Positions 39,067 to 48,844 of a stretch of DNA of 64,000 bases are shown in pieces. Every line of letters starts with the position of its first letter. Position 1 is the first letter of the stretch. Source of the DNA: an uncultured bacterium (GTDB taxonomy: Bacteria > Acidobacteriota > Thermoanaerobaculia > Multivoradales > JAHZIX01); contig CBDUPA010000009.1 in the NCBI GenBank assembly GCA_965368975.1, positions 160,001 to 224,000 on the forward strand, in the 5' to 3' direction. Both the position numbers and the translations under genes were made by a program. A model generated the notes under the pieces. That model worked only from the letters and a program-made list of their open reading frames with translations. It did no database searches and had not been told where the DNA came from.

Positions 39067-40427
39067 GTCGACTGTGGGACCGGGGCAGCCATCTCGACGC
39101 CCGCATCGCCCGCTTCACCGTCGGCCGTGACCCGGAGCTCGATCAGCGCCTGCTCGCCTACGATGCCCTCGGTAGCGCCGCGCATGGCACCATGTTGGCC
39201 GAGATCGGCATTCTCGACGCGGCCGATCTCCCTGCCCTGGTGCGGGAACTAACCCTCGCCGCGGCGGACGCCCGTGCCGGGCGGCTGGTGATCGAAAACG
39301 CCGACGAAGACGGCCACACGGCGCTCGAAAAACGTCTGACCGAGCGGCTGGGCGACGTCGGCCGGCGCATCCACACGGGTCGCAGCCGCAACGATCAAGT
39401 GATCGCCACGCTGCGGCTATGGGGGCGCGAAGCGGTGCTCGAACTGCTGCAGACGCTGCTCGACGCGGCCGACCTGCTGCTCGACTTGGCCCAAGAGCAC
39501 CGCGAGACGTCGATTCCCGGGTACACCCACACCCGCCAGGCCATGCCGTCGACCCTCGGGCTGCTATTCGCCGCCCACGCCGAGAACCTGCTCGACGACG
39601 TACCCTGGCTGCGCACGGCCTTCGGCCACCTCGACCGCTCGCCGCTGGGCAGTGCTTCCGGCTACGGCGTGGCGCTGCCGCTCGACCGGCCGCGAGTCGC
39701 CGAGTTGCTTGGATTCAGCGGCGGTTGTCAGGTCAACACGCTGGCCGTACAGAACGACCGGGGCAAGACGGAAGCACTGGTACTCGCCGCCGCTGCGGCT
39801 GCCGCCAGTGACGCAGGCCGGCTGGCCGCCGACCTGATCTGGTTCTCGAGCGAGGAGCTCGGCTTCGTGCGGCTGGATGACGCGGTGACTACCGGCTCCA
39901 GCATCATGCCGCAGAAGCGCAATCCGGACGTCCTGGAACTGATCCGCGCTGGTGCCGCACGCGTGCGCAGCCGGCAGGCAGAGATCGGTGCCGTCTACGG
40001 TCCGCTGCCCGCCGGCTATCACCGCGACCTGCAGCTGACCAAGGAACCGTTCCTGGAGGGCATGCAAACTGCCAGCGACATCCTCGCCGTGCTGCAACCG
40101 GCGCTCGGCGGTCTGCGTGTCGACGCCGAGCGCTGTCGCGCCGCTCTGGTGCCGGCGATCGGTGCCACCGACGCCGTGTACCAGCGGGTGGCGGCCGGAG
40201 AACCCTTCCGCGAGGTCTACCGAGAGGTGGCGGCGAACCCGGAAGCCGCGGTCGCGGGAGATGTCTCCCTGGCGTGGCGTGCGCGCACCCATCTCGGTGC
40301 CCCCGGAGCGCTGGCCTTGGATGCGGCCCGTGCGAACGCCGCCGCGGCGCGTACCTGGGTCGACGCCGAGACTTCGCGCCTGCGGGCCGTCTGGCAACAT
40401 CTGCTGCCCCAGCTTTCGACTGCCTGA
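39063..40427 (+). CDS. argH: Argininosuccinate lyase
   Basis: [26 protein letters not shown]. Confidence 0.95.
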   Translation: MSRLWDRGSHLDARIARFTVGRDPELDQRLLAYDALGSAAHGTMLAEIGILDAADLPALVRELTLAAADARAGRLVIENADEDGHTALEKRLTERLGDVGRRIHTGRSRNDQVIATLRLWGREAVLELLQTLLDAADLLLDLAQEHRETSIPGYTHTRQAMPSTLGLLFAAHAENLLDDVPWLRTAFGHLDRSPLGSASGYGVALPLDRPRVAELLGFSGGCQVNTLAVQNDRGKTEALVLAAAAAAASDAGRLAADLIWFSSEELGFVRLDDAVTTGSSIMPQKRNPDVLELIRAGAARVRSRQAEIGAVYGPLPAGYHRDLQLTKEPFLEGMQTASDILAVLQPALGGLRVDAERCRAALVPAIGATDAVYQRVAAGEPFREVYREVAANPEAAVAGDVSLAWRARTHLGAPGALALDAARANAAAARTWVDAETSRLRAVWQHLLPQLSTA

Positions 40428-40451
40428 GCGGTGCGGCGGAGCTGCTTGAGA

Positions 40452-40976
40452 CTACTCGCGATCGTCGTCGTCGAAATGCAGGGCAATCTGGGTCGGCACG
40501 CGCGGCACGGCCGAGATCCGCAGACGACCATCAACCAGCGTCCGTAAAGTGTCCGGATCGCCGCTGATCAATACGTCGGCACCGTGGACGATCGCGGTGG
40601 CCAAGATCTGCAGGTCGCTCACAATCCGCGCTGCGGCGGCGGCATCGCTGCGGCGCAGCAATTCGCGCGCGGCCATCTGGCGGCCGAGTTCGGCGGCCAG
40701 GGCGGCGGATGGCAGATCAAACGCCGGCAGGAAAAAGTAACGGTCGAGCGCCGTCAGCTGCTCGCCACGCACCTCGTCACTGTCGAAGCCACGCAGATAC
40801 TCGGCCACCGCCGGCGTCGGCACCATCAATACCTCGTTGACGTCGCGTAAGCTGTTGAAGAAGCGTCGCGTGCGGTCGATGATCTCTGCCTCATCCTCGT
40901 GCACCGCCCCCGGGGCAGCCACGGCGGCGGCACCACGCACACCCCAACCCAAAACCATAGTGTCGATGCAAATCAT
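40452..40976 (-). CDS. PIN-domain ribonuclease-like protein
   Basis: Acidic PIN pattern: CIDTMVL, PAVAEYL, DLQILATA, LISGD; GAGG RBS. Confidence 0.75.
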   Translation of the reverse strand: MICIDTMVLGWGVRGAAAVAAPGAVHEDEAEIIDRTRRFFNSLRDVNEVLMVPTPAVAEYLRGFDSDEVRGEQLTALDRYFFLPAFDLPSAALAAELGRQMAARELLRRSDAAAAARIVSDLQILATAIVHGADVLISGDPDTLRTLVDGRLRISAVPRVPTQIALHFDDDDRE

Positions 40977-40997
40977 GCTCTTTGTCCTCTGAGCCTC

Positions 40998-41056
40998 TCA
41001 CGGTCTCGAGCGCGTCACGTTTCGAGGTTCACGTCTCGAGGTTCACGTCTCGCCGA
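40998..41056. repeat. Tandem 14-nt repeat x4 (TCACGTCTCGAGGT) starting at the stop of the upstream gene
   Basis: TCACGGTCTCGAG(cgcg) / TCACGTTTCGAGGT / TCACGTCTCGAGGT / TCACGTCTCGCCGA. Confidence 0.9.
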
Positions 41057-41816
41057 GGCGTTCTCCGCCGTGTATCTCCGTATCGTCCCAGTCGCCACCG
41101 CCAGCCATGGCCAACGCCTGCATCGCCAGCACCGGATCCGTGCGCCGGTACTCGGAGATGTGGGTGACACGAAAGCCCACCAGCTCCCACGTATCCACCA
41201 GCCAGCGGGCGCGGCCCTGCAGCGTCACCTCTTCGTACAGGCGCTGCGCCAACACCTTGGCCTCGCGTTCACTGAGCGCGATATTGACCAGGCGACCACC
41301 GCCTTTGGGCCGGATCTCGGCGCGCGGCGTCACCGCACCGCCGACGCGGAGGCAGCGCCCCACCAGCGTCGCGGTACCTTCGAGATAGCGCGGTGCCGGC
41401 GGTTCCGGGATGCGCGACCCGCCCGGACCGATCGCCGCCGTTGGTGCTTCGATCGCCGGGTCGGCTTTCAGCTCGACGCCCCAACCGCGCCGTTCCACCA
41501 GCCCGGAAATACTGCGCAAGGCGCGATGTGTCGCCGGTGGCAGTTCGCTCTCCCGGCGCTCGGCGAGCGCCTCCAAAATGCGCACCACGACCGGCAACAG
41601 CGGCGCCTGCACCGATAGCGCCAGCGCCGAACTGGCGGGTCGTACACCCGCCAGGCTGACCTCGGGTTCGTCGTTGCCGCTGGTACCGTCCGCCGCGGCA
41701 CAGGAGAGGATGGCTTTCTCCGTCGCCCTGAGCAACTCCGCCAAGTCTCCCAGCGGAATATTGCTCGGAGACACATGGTCGCCGGTCAACCGGAGTTCGA
41801 TGTTGCGTCGCTGCAT
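41043..41816 (-). CDS. Hypothetical protein upstream of the PIN gene
   Basis: 257-aa ORF with no family I recognise. TAGAAT (41829-41824) lies 7 nt before ATG 41816. Confidence 0.75.
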   Translation of the reverse strand: MQRRNIELRLTGDHVSPSNIPLGDLAELLRATEKAILSCAAADGTSGNDEPEVSLAGVRPASSALALSVQAPLLPVVVRILEALAERRESELPPATHRALRSISGLVERRGWGVELKADPAIEAPTAAIGPGGSRIPEPPAPRYLEGTATLVGRCLRVGGAVTPRAEIRPKGGGRLVNIALSEREAKVLAQRLYEEVTLQGRARWLVDTWELVGFRVTHISEYRRTDPVLAMQALAMAGGGDWDDTEIHGGERLGET

Positions 41817-42025
41817 GGACAGCATTCTAGACTACCCTGGGCCCGCCTCCTAGGCGTACCACGGCACATCCGGACGCCTGCTGGCCGCTTTCTGCCCCGC
41901 GCCGCCTGCCCACGCCGCGACACGAAATTCCGTGCAGCCTGTATCCTTCGCGCTCCTGCTCTCGTAGGACCAAATGCTGCTCCGTCGAGGACGACGCTGT
42001 AGACTCACCCGAGAGGAGACGAAGA

Positions 42026-42442
42026 ATGAACGACTCGCACGAACTTCCCCCCGGTACGCCACCGCCGCCTCCCGCTGTCCCTGCCCAGCAGGCGCCCAGC
42101 GGCAAGGGCATCGCCTCGAAGCTGACCTGGGGCCTGATCTTGATCGGCCTGGGTCTGCTGTTCACGGCCTACAACCTCGACTGGATCGACGTCCAATTGC
42201 GCGTCGTGTGGGAATACTGGCCCTTGATCCTGGTCGCCGTGGGCCTGGCCAAGTTGATCGACCCCGGGGAACGTGAGTCCGGCGGCTGGTTGATCCTGTT
42301 CGGCCTTTACCTACTCGTCAACACACTGCGCCTGTGGGGCCTGCATTGGGGAAACTCCTGGTCGCTGATCCTGATCGTCGTCGGTTTGATGATCATCTTC
42401 CAGGCCTGGCTGCAGCGACGAAATCGCAGCAGGTCCAGCTGA
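42026..42442 (+). CDS. LiaF/DUF5668-like 4-TM membrane protein
   Basis: GLILIGLGLLF...YWPLILVAVGL, repeated as WSLILIVVGL; GAGGAG RBS. Confidence 0.75.
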   Translation: MNDSHELPPGTPPPPPAVPAQQAPSGKGIASKLTWGLILIGLGLLFTAYNLDWIDVQLRVVWEYWPLILVAVGLAKLIDPGERESGGWLILFGLYLLVNTLRLWGLHWGNSWSLILIVVGLMIIFQAWLQRRNRSRSS

Positions 42443-42481
42443 TCCCTCGTTCAGCCGCTCGAGTCACCTGGCACGCTCGCC

Positions 42482-43165
42482 TCAACTTCCACGCGGGTCC
42501 GCCTGCCGCGGCAGCCAGCCCCGCAACTCGAGGACGCTCTCCAGGCAATCCAGCGGCGCGTGCTCCAGTAGCTGCTCGCGCCCGTGCGAACCGCTGGTGA
42601 CACCGAGCGCGTGGCTCCCTGCCTCGCGTGCCATACGCATGTCATAGGTGGTGTCACCGATCATCAGCGCACGACGGGGCTGCACCCCCAACTCGTCGAG
42701 CAAGTCGAGGACCATCGTAGGATTCGGCTTGCTCGGCGCCTCGTCGACCGTACGGCTGGCGACGAAGAACTCTCGCGTCTCCGTGCGTTCGAGGTCGCGG
42801 TCGAGACCGCGCCGGCCCTTGCCTGTCGCCACGGCCAGAAGAAATCCGGCTTCTGCCAGGTGCTCGAGCAGCGCCGGCACGCCCCCGAACATCGTCGACG
42901 TGTCCCGGTACGAGGTCAGCCAGTGCTTGTAATAGACCTCCGTGACCCGGCGACGGAAGCCATCGTCAGCGTCCGGTTGCAGTACCGCCATGACCTCTTT
43001 GAGCCCCAGGCCGATAGTCTCGCGAATGGTGCGCTCCGGCAGCGGCTCGATCTCCAACTCTCGGAAGGTGGCCTGCGTGCAGGCAACGATGGTTCCCAGC
43101 GAGTCCATCAACGTGCCGTCCCAGTCGAAGATCAGCAAATCGAAGGCGTGGTTCGTGTGCGTCAT
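42482..43165 (-). CDS. HAD-superfamily hydrolase (phosphoglycolate-phosphatase-like)
   Basis: FDWDGTLMDS, ATGK, SKPNP, IGDTTYD; GGAG RBS before ATG 43165. Confidence 0.9.
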   Translation of the reverse strand: MTHTNHAFDLLIFDWDGTLMDSLGTIVACTQATFRELEIEPLPERTIRETIGLGLKEVMAVLQPDADDGFRRRVTEVYYKHWLTSYRDTSTMFGGVPALLEHLAEAGFLLAVATGKGRRGLDRDLERTETREFFVASRTVDEAPSKPNPTMVLDLLDELGVQPRRALMIGDTTYDMRMAREAGSHALGVTSGSHGREQLLEHAPLDCLESVLELRGWLPRQADPRGS

Positions 43166-43191
43166 GAACGCATCTCCTATCGAGCGTCGCG

Positions 43192-43244
43192 GCCCCAGAT
43201 CCAAGCTCCAGATCGGAGGCTCCAGATCAAAGGCACCAGTCAGG
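43192..43244. repeat. Degenerate tandem 14-nt repeat x4 (GCTCCAGATCxxAG)
   Basis: GCCCCAGATCCAA / GCTCCAGATCGGAG / GCTCCAGATCAAAG / GCACCAGTCAGG; the last unit contains the stop of the nucleotidyltransferase gene. Confidence 0.75.
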
Positions 43245-44322
43245 CCACCTGCAGCATGGGCGTAAGAATCAGGCCTCCGAACTGCGTGTCGTTCTCCCGT
43301 GCCCGGCACCCCACCTTGGACGAAGTCACCAGGCACTGATCTAGCCTCGTCAGCGGTGGCAACTCGACGCCCGGTGCGACGATCGAATTGCGCACCTCGG
43401 CACCAGCGCCAACCTGGCAGCCGGCAAGCAGCAGGCTGCTGTCGACGCGCGCTCGGTCGGCCACCTCGACGCCGGCCTCGATCACGGAGGCCGTGATCCG
43501 CGCCGAGTCAGCCACGTGCGGTGCCCCGCCAGGTCCTGCGGTCTCGATCCAGCTCCCGTCCGCCGTGGTTTCTACGTCGCCAGGATGCGCGTGCAGATGA
43601 CCGAGAACTCCCTCCAGGTACCGCCGCGGCGTGCCCAGGTCGAACCAGTTCACCGACGTCGGCAGCGCCTGGAGCCGTGCGCCTGCGGCGAGCAGCGGCT
43701 TGTACAACTGCTGCACGAAGTCGGCCACACCCCCCGCGGCGACGTCCAAGCCCTGGCGCACTACCTCCGCAGACAGGATGTGCGCCCCGGCGAAGACGGC
43801 ACGGCGTACCACTTGCGCCTCATCACCCTCACCGCTGCGGAAGGAGACAATACGATCTTGCGCATCCAGCCCAACACCACCACCAAACGCCTCGGGATCC
43901 GCGCGGGTACTCACCAACAACGTCGCTGCAGCACCACTCTCCTGGTGCCGGCGCAGCAGCTCCTCCAGTGGCCAGAGGCACAGACTGTCGCCGTTGAGGA
44001 TCAGCGCCAGGTCGGCACCTTCGAAGTAGTCGTGCAGCGGGCCCAGAGCACCGAGGGTCCCCAACAGCTGCGCCTCGCGCGAGTAGGTCAGGGCGAGACC
44101 TTCGTGCACTTTCCCAAAGCCGCGCTCTACGGCATCTGCGAGATGATGTAGGTTGAGGGCACTGCGGTCACAGCCGAACTCCCTCAGTCGCCGCAAGCTG
44201 TGTCCGGCCAACGGGCGACCGAGCACAGAAAGCAGTGGCTTCGGTACGATGTCGGTCAACGGCCGCAGCCGCTGACCACGCCCGGCAGCGAGTACCAACG
44301 GTCGCAGGTCGAGAGAGGTCAC
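43240..44322 (-). CDS. Sugar-1-phosphate nucleotidyltransferase (MurU / mannose-1-P guanylyltransferase-like) with C-terminal LbH repeats
   Basis: LAAGRGQRLRPLT-x-x-VPKPL, LNGD, WFDLGTP, hexapeptide repeats. Confidence 0.85.
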   Translation of the reverse strand: MTSLDLRPLVLAAGRGQRLRPLTDIVPKPLLSVLGRPLAGHSLRRLREFGCDRSALNLHHLADAVERGFGKVHEGLALTYSREAQLLGTLGALGPLHDYFEGADLALILNGDSLCLWPLEELLRRHQESGAAATLLVSTRADPEAFGGGVGLDAQDRIVSFRSGEGDEAQVVRRAVFAGAHILSAEVVRQGLDVAAGGVADFVQQLYKPLLAAGARLQALPTSVNWFDLGTPRRYLEGVLGHLHAHPGDVETTADGSWIETAGPGGAPHVADSARITASVIEAGVEVADRARVDSSLLLAGCQVGAGAEVRNSIVAPGVELPPLTRLDQCLVTSSKVGCRARENDTQFGGLILTPMLQVA

Positions 44323-44361
44323 GATCTCGAATCTCGGAAGGGGATGGGCGCCGAGGCGGAC

Positions 44362-44985
44362 TCAGCCAGCGTCGGGGAAGAGCATGTCGCGCGGCGCCTC
44401 CGGATGGTCCTTGCGGTAGTCCTCGTACAGGCGCAGGTAGTTGCGCCGCTCCGCATCATCGGGCAGAAAACCACAGCGGCGGGCAACCGTTTCGGCACCA
44501 CTGCCCTCGAACTCGACGAAGTCGCCGATCGGCGTCCGATCCAAGCAGATCATCACGCCACCCAAGCGCCACTCCTCGCGCACCTTCTGGTACCGCTTGA
44601 CGACCTCGAAGCCCAAGCTGCCGAGGATCAGCTGCACCTGCTCCAAGTCATCCACCTTGGTCTCGTACTCGGTGCGCAGCTTGACGCCGCCTTCCATTGT
44701 CGCCGGCCCTTTGTAGGTCAGGGTGGCACCGTGGTTGTCTCGGCGTAGACGCAGGATGCAGCCTTTGTCGCCGAACTCGTCACCACGGTCGAGAACCCAG
44801 TTGTCCTCTGAGGAGGCTGGCGCCGAGCGCTCGGCTTCGAGATCGGCCAGACGCTCGCGGACAGTGTTCAGCTCATCGACAGGGAACTTCAGCTCACGCT
44901 CGATGTTCTCCTTGGCCTTGGTCTCCGCAGCCTGCTTGCCTGATGCTTCTGCGTCACTCATAGCTGTGTCAATCGACTCTTTCAA
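44362..44985 (-). CDS. CYTH-domain protein (class IV adenylate cyclase CyaB-like)
   Basis: ERELKF, LRLR, LTYKGP, KLRTEYET, YQKVRE, DRTPIGDFVEFEG. Confidence 0.88.
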   Translation of the reverse strand: MKESIDTAMSDAEASGKQAAETKAKENIERELKFPVDELNTVRERLADLEAERSAPASSEDNWVLDRGDEFGDKGCILRLRRDNHGATLTYKGPATMEGGVKLRTEYETKVDDLEQVQLILGSLGFEVVKRYQKVREEWRLGGVMICLDRTPIGDFVEFEGSGAETVARRCGFLPDDAERRNYLRLYEDYRKDHPEAPRDMLFPDAG

Positions 44986-46370
44986 ACCTCGCTCATCTTA
45001 TCAAGAATTCTCGCAACCGAACGGATACCGCCGTAGAAGTTGCTGATGTTGAACTTCTCGTTGGGCGAGTGCAGTCGGTCGTCGTTGAGGCCGAAGCCGA
45101 GGAGTAGTACAGGGATTTGCAGCACTTGCTGGAAGGTCGAGACGATCGGAATCGAGCCGCCCTCGCGCACGCGCACGGGCCGGTTGCCCCAGATATCTTC
45201 CATCGCCGAGAGCGCCGCTTCCGCCAGCGGACCTTCGGTGTCGATCAATACCGGGTGAGCGCCGTGCAGATCCTCGACCTCGACCCGGGTTCCCGGCGGG
45301 CTGAGGCTCAGCACATAGTCAGTGAATTGCCGCGCGATGACTTCGGGATCTTGGTCCGGCACAAGGCGCATCGAGACCTTGGCACCGCCTTCGGCCGGCA
45401 GTACCGTTTTCGCACCGGCACCCTGATAACCACCCCACATACCGTTGACGTCGCAGGTCGGGCGCGCCCAAGCGCGTTCGCGCGGCGAGTACCCTTCCTC
45501 GCCCCACAGCTCACCTTCCACGCCGACCTCATTCTTGTACGCCTCTTCATCCCAGGGCAGGCTGGCGAACTCCTTGCGCTCCCAATCTTCCAGCGGCTTG
45601 ACCGGATCGTAGAAGCCGGGGATCTGAATGCGCCCGGTCTTACGGTCCTGCAACTGTGCAACAAGGTGCCCAAGGGCGTTCAGCGGGTTGGCCACGGCGC
45701 CACCGAAGGCACCGGAATGCAGGTCGCGTCCCGGGCCCTTGATGTGGATCTGCATGTAGCACAGGCCCTTGAGACCGTAGATCAAGGACGGCTGGCCAGG
45801 CGCAAACATCGCCGAGTCGGAAACCACCACGCAGTCGGCCGCCAGCCGCTTGCCGGCGTCCTTGCGCACGTAGGCGTCGATCGCTTCGCCGCCGCTTTCT
45901 TCCTCACCCTCGATCAGGAACTTGACGTTCACCGGTAGACTGCCGCGCTCGGCCAGCACCGCTGCCACCGCCTTGACGTGGGCGAAGCTCTGCCCCTTGT
46001 CGTCCGTAGCGCCTCGGGCCACCAACTCGTCGCCGTTCTCGATCGTCGGCTCGAACGGATCGTTGCGCCACAGATTCAGCGGATCGACCGGCTGCACGTC
46101 GTAATGACCATAGAACAGCACCGTCGGCTTGCCCTTGGCCCCCATCCACTCGGCATAGACCAGCGGATAGCCTTCGGTCTCGATCCGCTCCGCGGACAGA
46201 CCCGCATCCTTCAGCTGGTCGATGAGGAAATCCGCGGCACGCAACACGTCGTCGCGATAGGCCGGGTCGGTCGAGATCGAAGGAATGCGTAGAAACTCCT
46301 TCAGTTCGTCCAGGTAGCCTTCTTTTTCGCGGTCGATACGTTGCAGAACATCCTGAGTGTCGTGCGCCAT
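44982..46370 (-). CDS. M20/M25/M40 metallo-dipeptidase
   Basis: YGHYDVQP, ARGATDDKGQ, EGEEESG, DLHSG, HSPNEKF. Confidence 0.92.
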   Translation of the reverse strand: MAHDTQDVLQRIDREKEGYLDELKEFLRIPSISTDPAYRDDVLRAADFLIDQLKDAGLSAERIETEGYPLVYAEWMGAKGKPTVLFYGHYDVQPVDPLNLWRNDPFEPTIENGDELVARGATDDKGQSFAHVKAVAAVLAERGSLPVNVKFLIEGEEESGGEAIDAYVRKDAGKRLAADCVVVSDSAMFAPGQPSLIYGLKGLCYMQIHIKGPGRDLHSGAFGGAVANPLNALGHLVAQLQDRKTGRIQIPGFYDPVKPLEDWERKEFASLPWDEEAYKNEVGVEGELWGEEGYSPRERAWARPTCDVNGMWGGYQGAGAKTVLPAEGGAKVSMRLVPDQDPEVIARQFTDYVLSLSPPGTRVEVEDLHGAHPVLIDTEGPLAEAALSAMEDIWGNRPVRVREGGSIPIVSTFQQVLQIPVLLLGFGLNDDRLHSPNEKFNISNFYGGIRSVARILDKMSEV

Positions 46371-46539
46371 TCTTCTCCTCCAGAGCGGGTTCACGGTTCG
46401 CTAATTTTCAGCCTGCGGACAGCCGAAGAGGGCCGAGTCTACCACCAAGCCGCGAGGCATCGGGCCGCCTGTCTTCTTGCCAAGCCAGCGGCGAGTTGTT
46501 CTTCGTACCGTTCCGTCGCGCTACGTCGAACGGGGATCT

Positions 46540-47451
46540 TCAGGGCAGCAAGGCGACGATACGTACCGGGCCGCCGGAGCCGCCCCGAATCTTCATCGGC
46601 AACGCCATCACCCAGGCACCGGTAGCCGGCACCTGTTCCAGGTTGGCGACATTCTCCAGCCCCGGAATGTTGGCTTCGTTGACCAGACGGTGGACCAGGA
46701 AGTCCGTCGACTGCCCACGATCGATGCTCGCCGTGTCAACTCCCAAGACACTTACCTGGCGTGTCTCCACCAGGTAGGCTGCCGCTTCCTCGCCATAGGA
46801 GGGAAAGTGCAGGTTGGACGCATCGCCCGGCGTGTCGTCACCCAGATAGGTGGCGCGGTCGGGCCAGTACTGGCCCCAGCCCGTGTGCAGCAGCACGATG
46901 GCGCCGGCCGGCACTGGGCCATGCTCGGTTTCCCACGCCTGTACGTCCTGCAGCGTCAGCAGATAGTCCGCGTCGCTCGCGGTCTGTTCGCGGACGTCGA
47001 TCACGACGGCCGGGCCGGACAGCCGCTGCAGCGGAATTTCATCGGCGCTCCAGCGGCCGGCGGCGAAGTGGATCGGTGCATCCAGGTGGGTGCCACCATG
47101 CTCGGGTGTGCTGAACTGATTGGCGGCGTAGAACCAGCCGCCGGGTGTTTCGCCGTACGACACCTGTTCTAACTCGAAGCTCGACGGCGAGGTGGGCCAG
47201 TACAGCGTCTCGGCATCGAACGGATGCGTCAGGTCCACGAGCTTGGCCTCGCGCAGATTGAACACAGCCGCATCTGCGCCGCGAGTCGCGGACGTCCCAC
47301 TGGCACTCTCGGTGGGGGAATCGCTCGGCGCACAGCCCGACGCACTCGCCACGAGGCCACCGAGCAGGGCGATGGTCGCAGCGCTTTGCAGAGAAGTCAG
47401 CCAGCTGGCTGGCCGAGAACGGGAGATAGCGCAAGTCGCATTGTCATTCAT
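46540..47451 (-). CDS. Cyclase family (kynurenine formamidase KynB-like) metal hydrolase, probable lipoprotein
   Basis: EHGGTHLDAPIHF, GVDTASID, GLENVANL, GGSGGPVR; lipobox-like ASGC. Confidence 0.88.
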   Translation of the reverse strand: MNDNATCAISRSRPASWLTSLQSAATIALLGGLVASASGCAPSDSPTESASGTSATRGADAAVFNLREAKLVDLTHPFDAETLYWPTSPSSFELEQVSYGETPGGWFYAANQFSTPEHGGTHLDAPIHFAAGRWSADEIPLQRLSGPAVVIDVREQTASDADYLLTLQDVQAWETEHGPVPAGAIVLLHTGWGQYWPDRATYLGDDTPGDASNLHFPSYGEEAAAYLVETRQVSVLGVDTASIDRGQSTDFLVHRLVNEANIPGLENVANLEQVPATGAWVMALPMKIRGGSGGPVRIVALLP

Positions 47452-48116
47452 GACGCTACGCTAGCGCGCCGGCCAAGACGGATCAAGCCGACCGCATTGA
47501 CCACAAAATGCGCGACCACCGGTGCCAGGATATTGCCGCGCCATTCCATCAGACCAGCGAAAATCAGGCCCGCAATCAACGCATACACGGTCCAGAAACG
47601 TAGCTCCTTGCCAGGACCCGTGTGCAAAAGGGCGAAGAGCAGTGTCGCGGCGATCCAGCCAAGGCTCGGCTGGATGGCGCCGCGGAACAGCAGTTCTTCG
47701 GCGAAGCCAGAAATCAGAGCCAAGACAATCGCTTGATCCCAGGTCAACGGACCCAAAATCCCCATCAACCGATCCTCGAGCTTCTGCGCCAGCTGGACAC
47801 GCCACAAGAGGACCTGCCAGGTGCCAACCATCAGCACCGCGACACCGGCTCCGAGCGCCAGGTCGATCCACCATGACGCCGGATTGACGAAGCGGGTGAG
47901 GGGTATGTCACCCAGGTCGAACCACAGCCAGGCGACACCACCGATGGCCATGAACATGTAGAACCAGGCGCCGAGCTGCAGAATCTGATCTGCCGTCGGG
48001 CGCGGACCGAGAGACTCGGCCTGTTCCGGCTGCTCAGCCTGTTCCGGTAGCTCGGAGGGTTCCGGCTGCTCGGAGGGTTCCGGCGAACTGGGTTCTGTCG
48101 GACTGGGTTCAGACAC
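47448..48116 (-). CDS. CPBP (Abi/CAAX) intramembrane metalloprotease
   Basis: EELLFRG, FALLH, AHFVVN; N-terminal low-complexity PEPSEQ repeats. GTG 48116 taken as start. Confidence 0.88.
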   Translation of the reverse strand: MSEPSPTEPSSPEPSEQPEPSELPEQAEQPEQAESLGPRPTADQILQLGAWFYMFMAIGGVAWLWFDLGDIPLTRFVNPASWWIDLALGAGVAVLMVGTWQVLLWRVQLAQKLEDRLMGILGPLTWDQAIVLALISGFAEELLFRGAIQPSLGWIAATLLFALLHTGPGKELRFWTVYALIAGLIFAGLMEWRGNILAPVVAHFVVNAVGLIRLGRRASVAS

Positions 48117-48129
48117 GCTTGGCCGTCGA

Positions 48130-48786
48130 TCAGTCGTCGAAGCTACGACCGGTCTTGCCCCAGTCGGCCAGGAAACCATCCAGACCGCGGTCGGTCAGCG
48201 GATGCTTGTACAACTTCTCGAGTACGCCGAAGGGGATGGTGGCGACGTGGGCTCCCATCAGACTGGATTGCACGACGTGCATCGGATGACGGACGGAGGC
48301 CACCAACACCTGTGTGTCGAAATCGTAGTTCTCATAGATCGTGACCACGTTCTCGATCAGTTCCATGCCATCCTCACCCACATCGTCGAGTCGGCCGACA
48401 AAGGGCGAGATGTAGGTGGCCCCAGCCTTGGCGGCAAGCAGCGCTTGCGCGGCCGAGAAGCACAATGTGACGTTGGTCTGAATGCCGTCTTCCGCCAACG
48501 TGGCGACCGCTTGGAGACCTGCCGGGCCGAGCGGCAGCTTGACCACGACATTGTCGGCCAGGTCAGCCAAGCGCCGCCCCTGGTCGAGCATACCCTCGAG
48601 GTCCATGGCGAGGACTTCGCCGCTCACCGGTCCGGGTACCAGCTCGGCCACCGCCTTGACGGTCGGTAGGTACGGTTTGCCTTGCCGGGCGATCAGCGTC
48701 GGGTTGGTGGTGACGCCGTCGACCATACCCCATTCGAGGCCGGTTTCGATCTGTGCGAGGTCCGCTGTATCGAGGAAGAAATCCAT
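48130..48786 (-). CDS. fsa: Transaldolase / fructose-6-phosphate aldolase (short family)
   Basis: FFLDTA, GVTTNP, VVKLP, TNVTLCFS, SPFVGR, ASVRHP, HPLTD. Confidence 0.9.
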   Translation of the reverse strand: MDFFLDTADLAQIETGLEWGMVDGVTTNPTLIARQGKPYLPTVKAVAELVPGPVSGEVLAMDLEGMLDQGRRLADLADNVVVKLPLGPAGLQAVATLAEDGIQTNVTLCFSAAQALLAAKAGATYISPFVGRLDDVGEDGMELIENVVTIYENYDFDTQVLVASVRHPMHVVQSSLMGAHVATIPFGVLEKLYKHPLTDRGLDGFLADWGKTGRSFDD

Positions 48787-48844
48787 TCCCTGAGTGCTCC
48801 TGTGCTGCGACCGGTGCTAGACCGGATTGTGGGTGGGTGGACCT

